A stretch of 64,000 nucleotides of DNA from IMG/VR virus record IMGVR_UViG_3300020048_000028. One strand, given 5' to 3'. The stretch comes from an uncultured virus (IMG/VR IMGVR_UViG_3300020048_000028). Its lineage: Duplodnaviria; Heunggongvirae; Uroviricota; Caudoviricetes. The first letter of the stretch is position 1, and each line of letters starts with the position of its first letter. A model generated the notes under the pieces. That model had not been told where the DNA came from and did no database searches. It saw only the letters and a list, made by a program, of their open reading frames with translations. Both the position numbers and the translations under genes were made by a program. Shown one piece after another: positions 1 to 8,853 of the stretch.

Positions 1-52
1 TACATCTCAAACTCACGCATTCAAATAATTAAAACTAAAAACCAAAGACCAA

Positions 53-580
53 ATGAAAGAAAAACAAGCAGTACAAAACAGCGAAAATGCTCAAATGTTA
101 GCGTTAGATTTACAGCAAAAAGAGCAAATTGACAACAAACTTAATTTCTATAAGACTATGCTGAAAGCGTATGAGGACTTATCGGAAGTAATTAGCAAAA
201 AAGTTTTATTTATTGATAGTATTGAACTTAGTCAAAAAAGTCTTGATGATATTTATGAAAAAAACAAACTTATCTTAGAAAAATTAGAAATTGAAAATAC
301 TATTTTTAATAAAAAACAATTCTTTGAGATGTGGTTAAAGCGTTCTGCTGATTATGAGCAAAAATTTGCTATGATTACTGCCGAGTCTAATGAGAAATTT
401 GATGAGGTAGAAGCACAAGCTAAAGAAATCGCTTTGGGAAATATCAAATTAAAGAGTTATATGGATAAGTATGATAAAGAAGAAAATAAAGAACAAAGAA
501 TTAAAAACGAATACTATCTTCTTTTGAAATATGAGATTACTAAATTAACAGGTAAAGGCAAATTTGAAGTTGTAAAATAA
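53..580 (+). CDS. hypothetical coiled-coil protein
   Basis: 175 aa, helical and K/E-rich; AACCAAAGAC leader motif just upstream. Confidence 0.6.
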   Translation: MKEKQAVQNSENAQMLALDLQQKEQIDNKLNFYKTMLKAYEDLSEVISKKVLFIDSIELSQKSLDDIYEKNKLILEKLEIENTIFNKKQFFEMWLKRSADYEQKFAMITAESNEKFDEVEAQAKEIALGNIKLKSYMDKYDKEENKEQRIKNEYYLLLKYEITKLTGKGKFEVVK

Positions 581-583
581 TTC

Positions 584-693
584 GTGCCTATGGAGGTGTC
601 CTAATTATTGCCCTCACAATAATCCTGAAATAACGATTTCAGGCACTCTGACGGAGCATAACCCGTTAATACATAGGATAAACCAATAGGCAC
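584..693 (+). ncRNA. candidate structured intergenic RNA (multi-stem junction)
   Basis: Nested helices: GTGCCTAT 584-591/ATAGGCAC 686-693; TGTCCTA 597-603/TAGGATA 674-680; ATTATTG/CAATAAT 604-623; CCTGAAAT/ATTTCAGG 624-643; GACGG/CCGTT 650-667. Strand assumed from the G-U pairs. Confidence 0.5.
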
Positions 694-710
694 TTACTTT
701 TTAATTATTT

Positions 711-1334
711 ATGAACTTAAAAGAGTTTGAGCCGATATTTAAAAATGACATAGCTCCTATTTATGTTAAACACAAAAAAGAATTTGACGAGTTCGGAATA
801 CATGGCTGTTTACATATATCAAGGTCTTTAATTATAAGTAGATTGCTTTTTAAACAATTAACTAATTTAGGTTTTTTACTCGATATAGATAAAATAACTT
901 ATGCAGTTGCTTTTCACGATAGTGGTAGAAAGGCTAATGGAATTGATTATTGGGAGGCAAATAGTTTTTATATATGCTCAAACTATCTTGATAATAAAAA
1001 CATACCTGATTCAAATTATATATCTTCTTTAATTATAAAAGATAATAATAAGAATGACTACAACTACTTTTGTGTTTATGATACCGATGTTTTAGAAATA
1101 GCCCGACCATGCACAGGTGTAGGCGTTTATAATTTCAATCCTACATTCCTAAAACTAAAAGATATATTTTCAAATCATTATACTACTATTCAAAATGAGG
1201 TTTTTAGCTTTATATTAGATACTGAAAATATAAAAGATAATTTTTCAAATGAAAACTCTTTAATTAACTTAATAGAATATTTAGAAAACAAAAAAGAATT
1301 ATATCCTTTGCTATATGATGCAAGTATTTCCTAA
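711..1334 (+). CDS. HD-domain metal-dependent phosphohydrolase
   Basis: HGCLHISR...AVAFHDSGR...DTD motif pattern. Confidence 0.7.
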   Translation: MNLKEFEPIFKNDIAPIYVKHKKEFDEFGIHGCLHISRSLIISRLLFKQLTNLGFLLDIDKITYAVAFHDSGRKANGIDYWEANSFYICSNYLDNKNIPDSNYISSLIIKDNNKNDYNYFCVYDTDVLEIARPCTGVGVYNFNPTFLKLKDIFSNHYTTIQNEVFSFILDTENIKDNFSNENSLINLIEYLENKKELYPLLYDASIS

Positions 1335-1818
1335 AATAATAAATGATAATTTTTACAAATGGTTTGATAGCTCTAAGGCTATTGATGGTAATGGAAAGTA
1401 TCAAATATATTATCATAAAAGTAGGTCTAAAGAATTATTTGAAGTTTTTAAAAGTAATGAAGTAGATAAAAATGTATATAACGATTCTTGTTATGGTTTT
1501 TACTTTGTAGCTGATTATCACAAATCTCATGTCGAATATATGGGAGATGGCGTTGAATATTATGTTTTTCTGAATTATAAAAAGCCGTTCTACGTTTACG
1601 ATAATGGATTGGGCGAGATAAAAGATATGGAGGGTAATTTATATCCCTATTTGGATATAAATAAAACCTTTTGCGAAAATTTAGAGTTAAAGGGTTATGA
1701 TGCTATTATTATAGAGTGCCATAGATATTACACTCAATATGTAGTTTTTCATAGTCATCAAATTAAGAGCATAGATAACAATGGAGATTATTCCGAAAAT
1801 TTAAACATATTCAAGTAA
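1315..1818 (+). CDS. standalone ADP-ribosyltransferase-like protein (ART-PolyVal-like)
   Basis: FxxWFxxSKxxDxNG...YYH...GFYF...GYDAII...YVVFxxxQIKS-NNG pattern. Confidence 0.6.
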   Translation: MMQVFPKIINDNFYKWFDSSKAIDGNGKYQIYYHKSRSKELFEVFKSNEVDKNVYNDSCYGFYFVADYHKSHVEYMGDGVEYYVFLNYKKPFYVYDNGLGEIKDMEGNLYPYLDINKTFCENLELKGYDAIIIECHRYYTQYVVFHSHQIKSIDNNGDYSENLNIFK

Positions 1819-2372
1819 TGAAACTATCAATATTAATTTTATCCATTACGGACAGAGCAGAACAGCTTAAAAAACTTACTGATGAATTAGATATTCAAAT
1901 TGAATTGTATAATTTAAAAGATTCCGTTGAGGTATTGACTGAAATTGATAACAAAGAAAAAACAATAGGGGAAAAAAGAAATATCATTAAGGCAAAAGCT
2001 AAGGGAGAATATATCTGCTTTATTGATGATGACGATATGGTTTCAAGAGATTATTTAAAACTTATTTTTGATGAAATTGAAAAGGGTTATGATATTATAA
2101 CTTTTCATATTGATTATTTAAGAGATGGTAAAAGAGATAGTATTATTTGCCCAAGTCCTTCAATAGATGGAATTAAAATTGGAGAGGTTTTGTTTTGGAC
2201 TAATATGCTTCATTTATGTCCTCATAAAAAAAGCATATCCGATAATTTAATATTCCCTCATAAAAGTGCATGGGAGGACTTGGATTATAGTCGTGAGCTA
2301 TCTAAAATGTTATTAAAAGAACATAGAATAGATAGTGTTATTTATTTTTATTACTACAATAGCAAAAAATAA
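1818..2372 (+). CDS. glycosyltransferase family 2
   Basis: MKLSILI, IGEKRN, AKGEYICFIDDDD (DxD), ED motif. Confidence 0.85.
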   Translation: MKLSILILSITDRAEQLKKLTDELDIQIELYNLKDSVEVLTEIDNKEKTIGEKRNIIKAKAKGEYICFIDDDDMVSRDYLKLIFDEIEKGYDIITFHIDYLRDGKRDSIICPSPSIDGIKIGEVLFWTNMLHLCPHKKSISDNLIFPHKSAWEDLDYSRELSKMLLKEHRIDSVIYFYYYNSKK

Positions 2373-2389
2373 ATTAAATAAGCTAATTT

Positions 2390-2863
2390 TTAATTTGCCT
2401 CGAAAGCATTTTCATCATAAGATGATTTTAAATGTGGTGCATTGCATTCTTCAGAGTCGCATTTTTCAACTTTAGTTAGTGTGTATGTTGTTTCGTCTAA
2501 CATAGTTTCAATGGTAGCTCCGATTGATTTATCTTTAACTTTTTCTAAAGCTTCAATAATTTCTTTTTTAGATAATATATAACCAAAAGCAATAATATCA
2601 TTTGAAATCTCATTTAAAAGTTCTATAATGTGTGTTTCTGTGAATAAAGGTTTGCCTTCTTCATCTATGTTGTTTCCGATAAGATGTAACTTGTTACATT
2701 CTTTACAGATGTATATACCTGAAACCAAAGCATAATGTTCCTCTGTTCTCATTGTTACATAAATTTCATTATCTTTAAATTTTTCGTTTTTAAGAGAAAT
2801 TAGTAATTCTCCAACTGTTAATGTAGCTCCAAAAACTGCATCTTTTCTAAATACATATCCCAT
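2390..2863 (-). CDS. hypothetical protein with two Cys-x-Cys/HL repeats (possible metal binding)
   Basis: CKECNKLHL and CDSEECNAPHL in internally duplicated halves. Confidence 0.5.
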   Translation of the reverse strand: MGYVFRKDAVFGATLTVGELLISLKNEKFKDNEIYVTMRTEEHYALVSGIYICKECNKLHLIGNNIDEEGKPLFTETHIIELLNEISNDIIAFGYILSKKEIIEALEKVKDKSIGATIETMLDETTYTLTKVEKCDSEECNAPHLKSSYDENAFEAN

Positions 2864-2882
2864 TTTATTTTTTTTAATTAGT

Positions 2883-3527
2883 TTAACAATCTACTTGTGT
2901 TGGTATATGGCAAACATTGTATTCGCAGCCATTTATTTTTTTGTATTTTAAATTCGTATCAATTAGTTTATTTTTAACGAAAGTCCAATCATGTCCATAA
3001 TTATCGCATTGTAGCCAATTAATATTGGCAAATCTCCTATGTGCTATTGATGAAGTTCCAATCATTCCTTTAAACAAATCTACTTCCCTCTCTGCTTTTG
3101 ATAAAACCTCATTACTAACAGGGTTAAATCTATATATAACATAATCATTAAAATAAGCCCAAGCTAAAGAGTTATCTTCCTCAAAATTATTTGCTATATT
3201 TTGTAAATGATTTGTTCCTAAGAAATCATCAGTATCAAGATAGCATATAACATCTCCACTTGCCATAAAGCAACCTGTGTTTCTTACTACTCCTGAAAAA
3301 AGTGGTTGCTTTTCTAATTGTATAAGTTTTATTTTAGCACTTTGATATTTTAATAATTCGTTTGCTGTATGTGGACAGCCATCAGCTACAACTACTAATT
3401 CAGTATTATCGTATGATTGGCTAAAGAAAGATTGTACGGCTCTATTAAACTTTCTTATCCTATCTTCTGCCGAATCTTTATAATTATCTAAATAAGAAGC
3501 GACAACAACCGAAATTTTAATACTCAT
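2883..3527 (-). CDS. glycosyltransferase family 2
   Basis: ISVVVASY, ELVVVADG, RNTG, GDVICYLDTDD. Confidence 0.85.
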   Translation of the reverse strand: MSIKISVVVASYLDNYKDSAEDRIRKFNRAVQSFFSQSYDNTELVVVADGCPHTANELLKYQSAKIKLIQLEKQPLFSGVVRNTGCFMASGDVICYLDTDDFLGTNHLQNIANNFEEDNSLAWAYFNDYVIYRFNPVSNEVLSKAEREVDLFKGMIGTSSIAHRRFANINWLQCDNYGHDWTFVKNKLIDTNLKYKKINGCEYNVCHIPTQVDC

Positions 3528-4140
3528 GCGTTGTATATTTGAAATTTTTAAAATCTTTTTGAAATATTTTATTTACCAACTTATATGTCATTAAATTGTA
3601 GTTCTTTTCCCAATTTAAAGGACGTTTAGATTTATTAGTTAATGGTATATTTAGCGGCATTTCAAGGTCTAAATTATAAAATAAAGATAATACGTTTGAA
3701 CTGTTATTATCATTACATAAATTTTCAAATTTAAGTACGTTGTCTACGCCTAATTTATCATTAACGAATAATAAATCAGTCTGTGTTTTATAGCAGGGTT
3801 GAGATACTGTTTCCTCTCTTTTTAAGCCAACATCACTAAGCCATTCTATGAATTGATAAAATGATAAATGAATTATGTTATTATAATCAGGATGGTCAGG
3901 AAACATACAGATATAGCTATGTAAAGAAACTAACCAATCATAAGGGTTTCTAACATAAGCAAATTTTAAATAGTCCTTTATTCTCGGAAAATTAATTAAA
4001 TCATTCTTTATTGAAGAATGTAAAGGATTTGTAAATAACAAATCCTCTACTTGTTCTTTCAGCAAGATAGTTAATGTTGTTCCTCCTGTCTTTATGATAT
4101 GAGTGAAACAGAATTTGTATTTATCACTTATGATTGCCAC
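3517..4140 (-). CDS. sulfotransferase (Sulfotransfer_2-like)
   Basis: FTHIIKTGGTT (5'-PSB), VRNPYDWLVS (3'-PB), KFENL, DFxxFxY. Confidence 0.85.
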   Translation of the reverse strand: MAIISDKYKFCFTHIIKTGGTTLTILLKEQVEDLLFTNPLHSSIKNDLINFPRIKDYLKFAYVRNPYDWLVSLHSYICMFPDHPDYNNIIHLSFYQFIEWLSDVGLKREETVSQPCYKTQTDLLFVNDKLGVDNVLKFENLCNDNNSSNVLSLFYNLDLEMPLNIPLTNKSKRPLNWEKNYNLMTYKLVNKIFQKDFKNFKYTTHEY

Positions 4141-4529
4141 AAAAGTTTTTTTAATAATTCATGTCCTTTTTCATCTACAAACTCTTTCCAATCTTCTTGA
4201 CCATCTTTGATTTGATTTCTAATTGATGTAGCCGAAATATTTGCAATATTTGAAGTTACTTGAATTTCTTTTACTTCATATCCTACTCCTCTGCCATAAT
4301 TAACGCTTGCTATATCAGGAATGATAATAACTTTTACTAAATCATTTCCTTCATAAATCTTCTCCCAAATACACTTTACTTCTTCTGCTGTTAATGGGTT
4401 ATTGCCATCGGTTTCTACATCACGAATTGCAATTAGAATAGGTAAGCCTTTGTCAAGATATTCGTTGAAAATTGTTTGATGTCCTTTGTGTGGGCTTTGG
4501 TATCTTCCGATAAATAAATTATAGGTCAT
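4128..4529 (-). CDS. HxGH nucleotidyltransferase (cytidylyltransferase-like), possibly a minimal sulfate adenylyltransferase
   Basis: FIGRYQSPHKGH, NPL, ISATSIR; overlaps cysC. Confidence 0.7.
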   Translation of the reverse strand: MTYNLFIGRYQSPHKGHQTIFNEYLDKGLPILIAIRDVETDGNNPLTAEEVKCIWEKIYEGNDLVKVIIIPDIASVNYGRGVGYEVKEIQVTSNIANISATSIRNQIKDGQEDWKEFVDEKGHELLKKLLWQS

Positions 4530-4995
4530 TTGTTTTGTTTTTAGGGATTAGTATATTAGTGAATAATTTGTTTTTAAATATGTTTTCAATGTCTTTAGCT
4601 ACATCAGATTCGTTTCTTCCCGTAGTATCTATTGGTAAGAAATAACTTGTCGGAGCTTCATAGTCTTTAGCAAAAAAGTGTTCTCTGCCACGAATTTCAC
4701 TTGTGAAAATATAACATTCAAATACTTCTGTTTCTTGCTTTAATTCCTCTCTCAAATCTTTAAATGGAGATATTAAACTAATGATAGGAGTAAAACCTTT
4801 CTTCTCTAAAAATAATGCTATGTTATAAGCATTTTTTATGTTATTACGCCTTCCTGTTTCGGAATAGTCTTTATTCTTTAAAATATCTCTTAGCTCATCG
4901 CCATCAACATTTATTGAGTTTGGAATTAGCTCCAACAATTCTTTTGAAATCGTTGTCTTTCCTGCACCTGCTTGTCCTGTTAAATTAATAATCAT
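4519..4995 (-). CDS. cysC: adenylyl-sulfate kinase
   Basis: LTGQAGAGKTT P-loop, VDGDELR, DYSxxGRxxN, ISLISPF, YEAP. Confidence 0.85.
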   Translation of the reverse strand: MIINLTGQAGAGKTTISKELLELIPNSINVDGDELRDILKNKDYSETGRRNNIKNAYNIALFLEKKGFTPIISLISPFKDLREELKQETEVFECYIFTSEIRGREHFFAKDYEAPTSYFLPIDTTGRNESDVAKDIENIFKNKLFTNILIPKNKTNDL

Positions 4996-4998
4996 AGT

Positions 4999-5322
4999 TT
5001 ATTTTTGTTTTATTTGTTTTATGTTTCTATTTACTATCTCTATTATGCAATTTTCAATAGTCATTTTCTCAAACGAATTGTATCGCCAAAATTCAATAGC
5101 AAAATCTTGTTCTAAAGATTTTCCTATTATATTAGTAATATCTTCATAAGTTTGATGATAGTTAGTTTTAAAATCTACTATTTTAATTCCTTCGTGATTT
5201 ACTACTTTAAATCTATATTCAATAGCTTTAATTAAATTTTTGCAATAACTTAATTCTAAATTAGAAACGTAATCATCCAACTCTTTGGTTAAATTTTTTA
5301 CTTGTTGATGTTTATCCGCCAT
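4999..5322 (-). CDS. hypothetical protein
   Basis: 107 aa ORF packed in the operon. Confidence 0.5.
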   Translation of the reverse strand: MADKHQQVKNLTKELDDYVSNLELSYCKNLIKAIEYRFKVVNHEGIKIVDFKTNYHQTYEDITNIIGKSLEQDFAIEFWRYNSFEKMTIENCIIEIVNRNIKQIKQK

Positions 5323-5542
5323 TTTCTTTCCGTTTGCTTAATTTAGTTTTATTCCAAATATATTCATAAAAATAATAAGTGAATATTTTAATTGTAAAGT
5401 CCGAAAAGCCTATAAACAAACCTATTGAAGCTTCTCCTGTTATTAAATATGAAATAGCGAAAGTTATAATAGATGAATAAACTCTATATATTAAAGATTT
5501 AATGAAGTATATTATTTTATTATCCAACTTGTATTTTCTCAT
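5312..5542 (-). CDS. DUF2061-like small membrane protein
   Basis: KSLIYRVYSSIIT...YLITG...K-FTYYFYEYIW pattern, 2 TM. Confidence 0.65.
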   Translation of the reverse strand: MRKYKLDNKIIYFIKSLIYRVYSSIITFAISYLITGEASIGLFIGFSDFTIKIFTYYFYEYIWNKTKLSKRKENGG

Positions 5543-5564
5543 TGTATAAATTTTATATTATTAA

Positions 5565-5810
5565 TTACAAATCATCTTCGTTAATAACTACTTCAAAAGA
5601 TTTAAAAACTGTATTATCAACTATTATACAATTATTATTTGATTTAATTTCAATTAGTAAATTTAATATAGATGGACTTACTTTTTCCAAAGCAAGAATT
5701 TCTACAATTCTCCTATTATTTTCTCTCAAAGTTTTATCAATAATACTTAAATGATTATTAGTATTATCAGTAACTATCTTTAAAATTTTAGCAGTAGTGT
5801 TATCTTTCAT
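5565..5810 (-). CDS. hypothetical protein
   Basis: Start at ATG 5810 avoids overlap with the upstream gene. Confidence 0.45.
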   Translation of the reverse strand: MKDNTTAKILKIVTDNTNNHLSIIDKTLRENNRRIVEILALEKVSPSILNLLIEIKSNNNCIIVDNTVFKSFEVVINEDDL

Positions 5811-5820
5811 AGCTATATAA

Positions 5821-6525
5821 TTAAGCGTAAATCCATTCAGAGTTATTATGCTCACATAGTATATCAGTATCAATAAATTTTGGTATGCCTAAAGCATCTG
5901 TATCCATACTGAATAAAGAATCAGGATGTAACCCTAATCCTTTTTCATGTCTGAATTGGAATTTATCTAAAATGTTTTTATGAATAAGTACGCAGCCTAA
6001 TCCATGTGAGAAAACCTTTTTTAAATTACCATCTACTAACATTAAATCAGAGCCTTCTTTATAATTTATTGTTTCACGAATATCTCCGAAATCCTCTATT
6101 TCCTGAGCCATTAAATGACTTCGAGTTCCGAAATCAATCATGTACATAGCTGAAACAATAGGTAAATTGTGAATCATTAATCTCTCAATTACATCGCATG
6201 GAGGAATAACATCACTTTCAAGATGTAAGAGATAATCGTAATTATTTCTTATTGCAAATTTTCTTATTTCCTCATGGCTTTCAGCTAAAATCTTTTGAAT
6301 ATTATGGCTTTTAGGCTTTACATGAATTGCATTAAATCCTTCTTTCAAGAATCTTTTATAATTCTTTCTGCTTTCGCTATTATCAACGATTAATACATCA
6401 TAATTATAATACGTTAATGTTTTTACTCTTTCAATGTAATCCTCTATACAATAATTCTTTTTATCGCTATGAGGTGTGCCGATAAGAACTCTGTGGTTCT
6501 TAGTAATGTTAGATGGTGTTATCAT
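5821..6525 (-). CDS. GT-A fold glycosyltransferase (GT2/Anp1-like)
   Basis: VLIGTP, VDNS, YDYLLHLESDV, GLGCVLI, D-x-F, CEH. Confidence 0.75.
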   Translation of the reverse strand: MITPSNITKNHRVLIGTPHSDKKNYCIEDYIERVKTLTYYNYDVLIVDNSESRKNYKRFLKEGFNAIHVKPKSHNIQKILAESHEEIRKFAIRNNYDYLLHLESDVIPPCDVIERLMIHNLPIVSAMYMIDFGTRSHLMAQEIEDFGDIRETINYKEGSDLMLVDGNLKKVFSHGLGCVLIHKNILDKFQFRHEKGLGLHPDSLFSMDTDALGIPKFIDTDILCEHNNSEWIYA

Positions 6526-6540
6526 TTTATCTTTGGTTTT

Positions 6541-6750
6541 TTATTTTTTTTTAGGCACATCAATCAAGGTTATTACAAGCTGCATCTTTGTTAATAATGC
6601 TATTCTTTCAAGCAAATCAATAGTTACATTTCTTCTTTTATTTTCAATAGAGCAGTAATGCACCGTTGATATTCCTAATTGCTTTGCAAATTTCTTTTGT
6701 GATGTGTTATTGCTTTTGCGTACTCTCTTTATTAATTCGGATAAATCCAT
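6541..6750 (-). CDS. XRE-family helix-turn-helix regulator
   Basis: IKRVRK...SQKKFAKQLGIS...IEN.RR.VTIDLLERIA. Confidence 0.85.
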   Translation of the reverse strand: MDLSELIKRVRKSNNTSQKKFAKQLGISTVHYCSIENKRRNVTIDLLERIALLTKMQLVITLIDVPKKK

Positions 6751-6772
6751 TCATTTTGTATTACTTATAAGG

Positions 6773-6780
6773 CAAATATA
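6773..6780 (-). promoter_or_regulatory. Bacteroidota sigma70 -7 element for the leftward operon
   Basis: Reverse complement TATATTTG (TAnnTTTG), 22 nt upstream of the HTH start. Confidence 0.55.
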
Positions 6781-6842
6781 AATCAAAATAAAATACTTTG
6801 ATACAAAAGATATTACACATTTTCAACAATTTCATCTTGTGG

Positions 6843-6918
6843 AAATGTTATCACAAATGTTATCATTCACGATTATAAAAACAAAAAAATACACATAAAA
6901 TACACATAAAATATACAT
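6843..6918. repeat. short direct repeats in the divergent intergenic region
   Basis: AAATGTTATCA x2 (6843, 6855); AAAATA(C/T)ACAT x3 (6886-6918). Confidence 0.7.
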
Positions 6919-6979
6919 AAAAAGACTTAATAATAAAGGGTTAAAAATTTTAATCGTTACATGGAGATACCATAAAACA

Positions 6980-7054
6980 TTGGTAAACTTTACAAAAACG
7001 ATACGTTTGTAAAGGTTAATTTTTTGTTATTGAAATACACTTGTTATAAATTTG
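6980..7054 (+). promoter_or_regulatory. two tandem Bacteroidota-type promoters for the structural operon
   Basis: TTG(6980)-19nt-TACGTTTG(7002-7009); TTTG(7023)-20nt-TAAATTTG(7047-7054). Confidence 0.65.
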
Positions 7055-7093
7055 AACTCAATTAATTATTATTAAATTCTAAAATTAGAAAAA

Positions 7094-7189
7094 ATGACAA
7101 AAGAAGTAGTTATCACGGCTTTATTAGCATCAGTATTAACAGTTGTTATGCTTGTTGCAAAAGAAAAATTTATTGACAAAACAGCTTAA
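7094..7189 (+). CDS. 31-aa single-TM protein (not in ORF track)
   Basis: MTKEVVITALLASVLTVVMLVAKEKFIDKTA; A-rich leader; first ORF after the promoters. Confidence 0.65.
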   Translation: MTKEVVITALLASVLTVVMLVAKEKFIDKTA

Positions 7190-7324
7190 TAGCTTATTCA
7201 ATAAAAAAAAAGACATGAGCAAGTCTTAAAAATGTTTACTTATTGATAACGATTACGTCCTATGCGTTATTAATATTTTATGAAATTATAGTGGCAAAAA
7301 AAACAAACTTAAAAATTAAGTAAA

Positions 7325-8134
7325 ATGCAAAACGCAATGAACATTGACCGTTACATTAATATGGCGGAAGAAAATTTTTCAGGTATGGATGGATATTCTC
7401 CATTTCCTGAAGGCACTTTAGACCTTTCTATGGAAGGCGAATATGGTGCAGATGGTGATTATTACTATGCTGATGGTAATAACGAAATGGGAACGAGTTA
7501 TTCTTATGCAAACGCTGCACCTATGGCTGCTCCTCGTCCTGTACCTGCAAAACAACCAACTCCGTACCAAGTAAACGTAACTAACACAACTCCAAATCCT
7601 TTGACAGTTGTATTATTTGGTTTAAACACTTATTTATTAACTCCTAACTTCGGAACTTCTGTTGGTGTTATCGTAACTCCTGCTCAAGTAAACGTAAGTT
7701 ATTTAGAGTTATTAAATCAATCTGCAAGTCAACCGTTTGAAACTTCGTTAATTCGTATTCAAACTTCAAGCCCTTCTCAGTTGACTCAAATCTTAACTGT
7801 TACAAGTAAAGATGCAAACGGGCAATTATGTCAAATTCCAATCATCACACAATCGTATTTTTCTGCAAATCAGTTTCAGTCTACGATTTTAGATGTTCCG
7901 TATCCTGTTAAAATTGATGGAAACACTTATGTGTCTTTCTCAATCTTAGGAAACACGACTGCGACATATACATTCTTCCCATCTGAGAAAATCAATCAAT
8001 CTCGTATCTTGGGTAATGGTAGTTCTTTACAACAATACTCTGCTCCTGCTGTACCTGTGGCTGTGCCAATGTTCTCAGCTCGTCCAATCGGTATCCGTAG
8101 ATTGCCTACTATGATTAATCCTGCAAGACGATAA
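7325..8134 (+). CDS. putative major capsid protein (beta-rich, jelly-roll-like; inferred)
   Basis: Near the start of the operon and followed by a strong terminator; alternating hydrophobic beta pattern; KDANG/NQFQS core shared with 3 paralogues; acidic N-arm with xADG repeats. Confidence 0.55.
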   Translation: MQNAMNIDRYINMAEENFSGMDGYSPFPEGTLDLSMEGEYGADGDYYYADGNNEMGTSYSYANAAPMAAPRPVPAKQPTPYQVNVTNTTPNPLTVVLFGLNTYLLTPNFGTSVGVIVTPAQVNVSYLELLNQSASQPFETSLIRIQTSSPSQLTQILTVTSKDANGQLCQIPIITQSYFSANQFQSTILDVPYPVKIDGNTYVSFSILGNTTATYTFFPSEKINQSRILGNGSSLQQYSAPAVPVAVPMFSARPIGIRRLPTMINPARR

Positions 8135-8152
8135 TTTGTCTTTCAATTAGCT

Positions 8153-8190
8153 AAAATGGGCAGGTAATATTTTGCCTGCCCATTTTTTTT
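8153..8190 (+). terminator. intrinsic terminator
   Basis: AAAATGGGCAGGTAA-loop-TTGCCTGCCCATTTT followed by a T run. Confidence 0.85.
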
Positions 8191-8250
8191 AATTAAAAAA
8201 TAATTATTGAACTTGAATAGTCAAACGAAATTGAAATTAATATAAATAAG

Positions 8251-8850
8251 ATGGAAATTAACACTATAAGATATGTATTTGAAAGCAATAAACCCGATTT
8301 AAGAAGGTTAGTTGTAAAATACGGATTACCTCCTGCAAAAAATGAACAGGATTTGTGGAAGAAAACAAATTACCTTGTTGCAAAGTTTAAGAAAGAAATG
8401 CTTAAAGATATTGCCTATATCCATCCCGATAGAGAGCTTATTCTTTGGTCTACTTCTGACAATAATCAAAGCAACGATACTAAAGAAAAAGAAACTAAAG
8501 TTGTTGGTAAAAATTCAAGAGCAGATGGCGAAAGTGAAGAACAGTCTAACTGTAACGGAAACCCTAATTGTAATTGTGGCTCAGTAGTTAAAGAAACAAA
8601 GTCTAACTGTAACGGAAACCCTAACTGTAATTGCGGTTCAGGAGAAGTGAAGTCAAATGTTGTTTCAGCACAACCAACTCAACCACAACAACCACAACCT
8701 CAACAAGCACCTCAAGCACAACCTGCTCAGGAAAAAGTTGCAGACGGAAGTTTTCAAGAAACTTTAAAAAATAATATGCCATTAGTAATTGTTGGTTCTC
8801 TACTTTTAGTAGGTGGATTAATATTCTTTGGAAACCGTAGAATGTCTTAA
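8251..8850 (+). CDS. C-terminally anchored membrane protein with SNCNGNPNCNCGS x2
   Basis: C-terminal TM plus basic tail; Cys repeat; Q/P linker. Confidence 0.7.
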   Translation: MEINTIRYVFESNKPDLRRLVVKYGLPPAKNEQDLWKKTNYLVAKFKKEMLKDIAYIHPDRELILWSTSDNNQSNDTKEKETKVVGKNSRADGESEEQSNCNGNPNCNCGSVVKETKSNCNGNPNCNCGSGEVKSNVVSAQPTQPQQPQPQQAPQAQPAQEKVADGSFQETLKNNMPLVIVGSLLLVGGLIFFGNRRMS

Positions 8851-8853
8851 CAG

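Noticed and set aside
584..693. tRNA or hammerhead reading of the structured element
   Set aside because: No 7-bp acceptor adjacent to the T-like arm, no 7-nt anticodon loop, and no CUGANGA/GAAA core. Kept only as an unclassified RNA.
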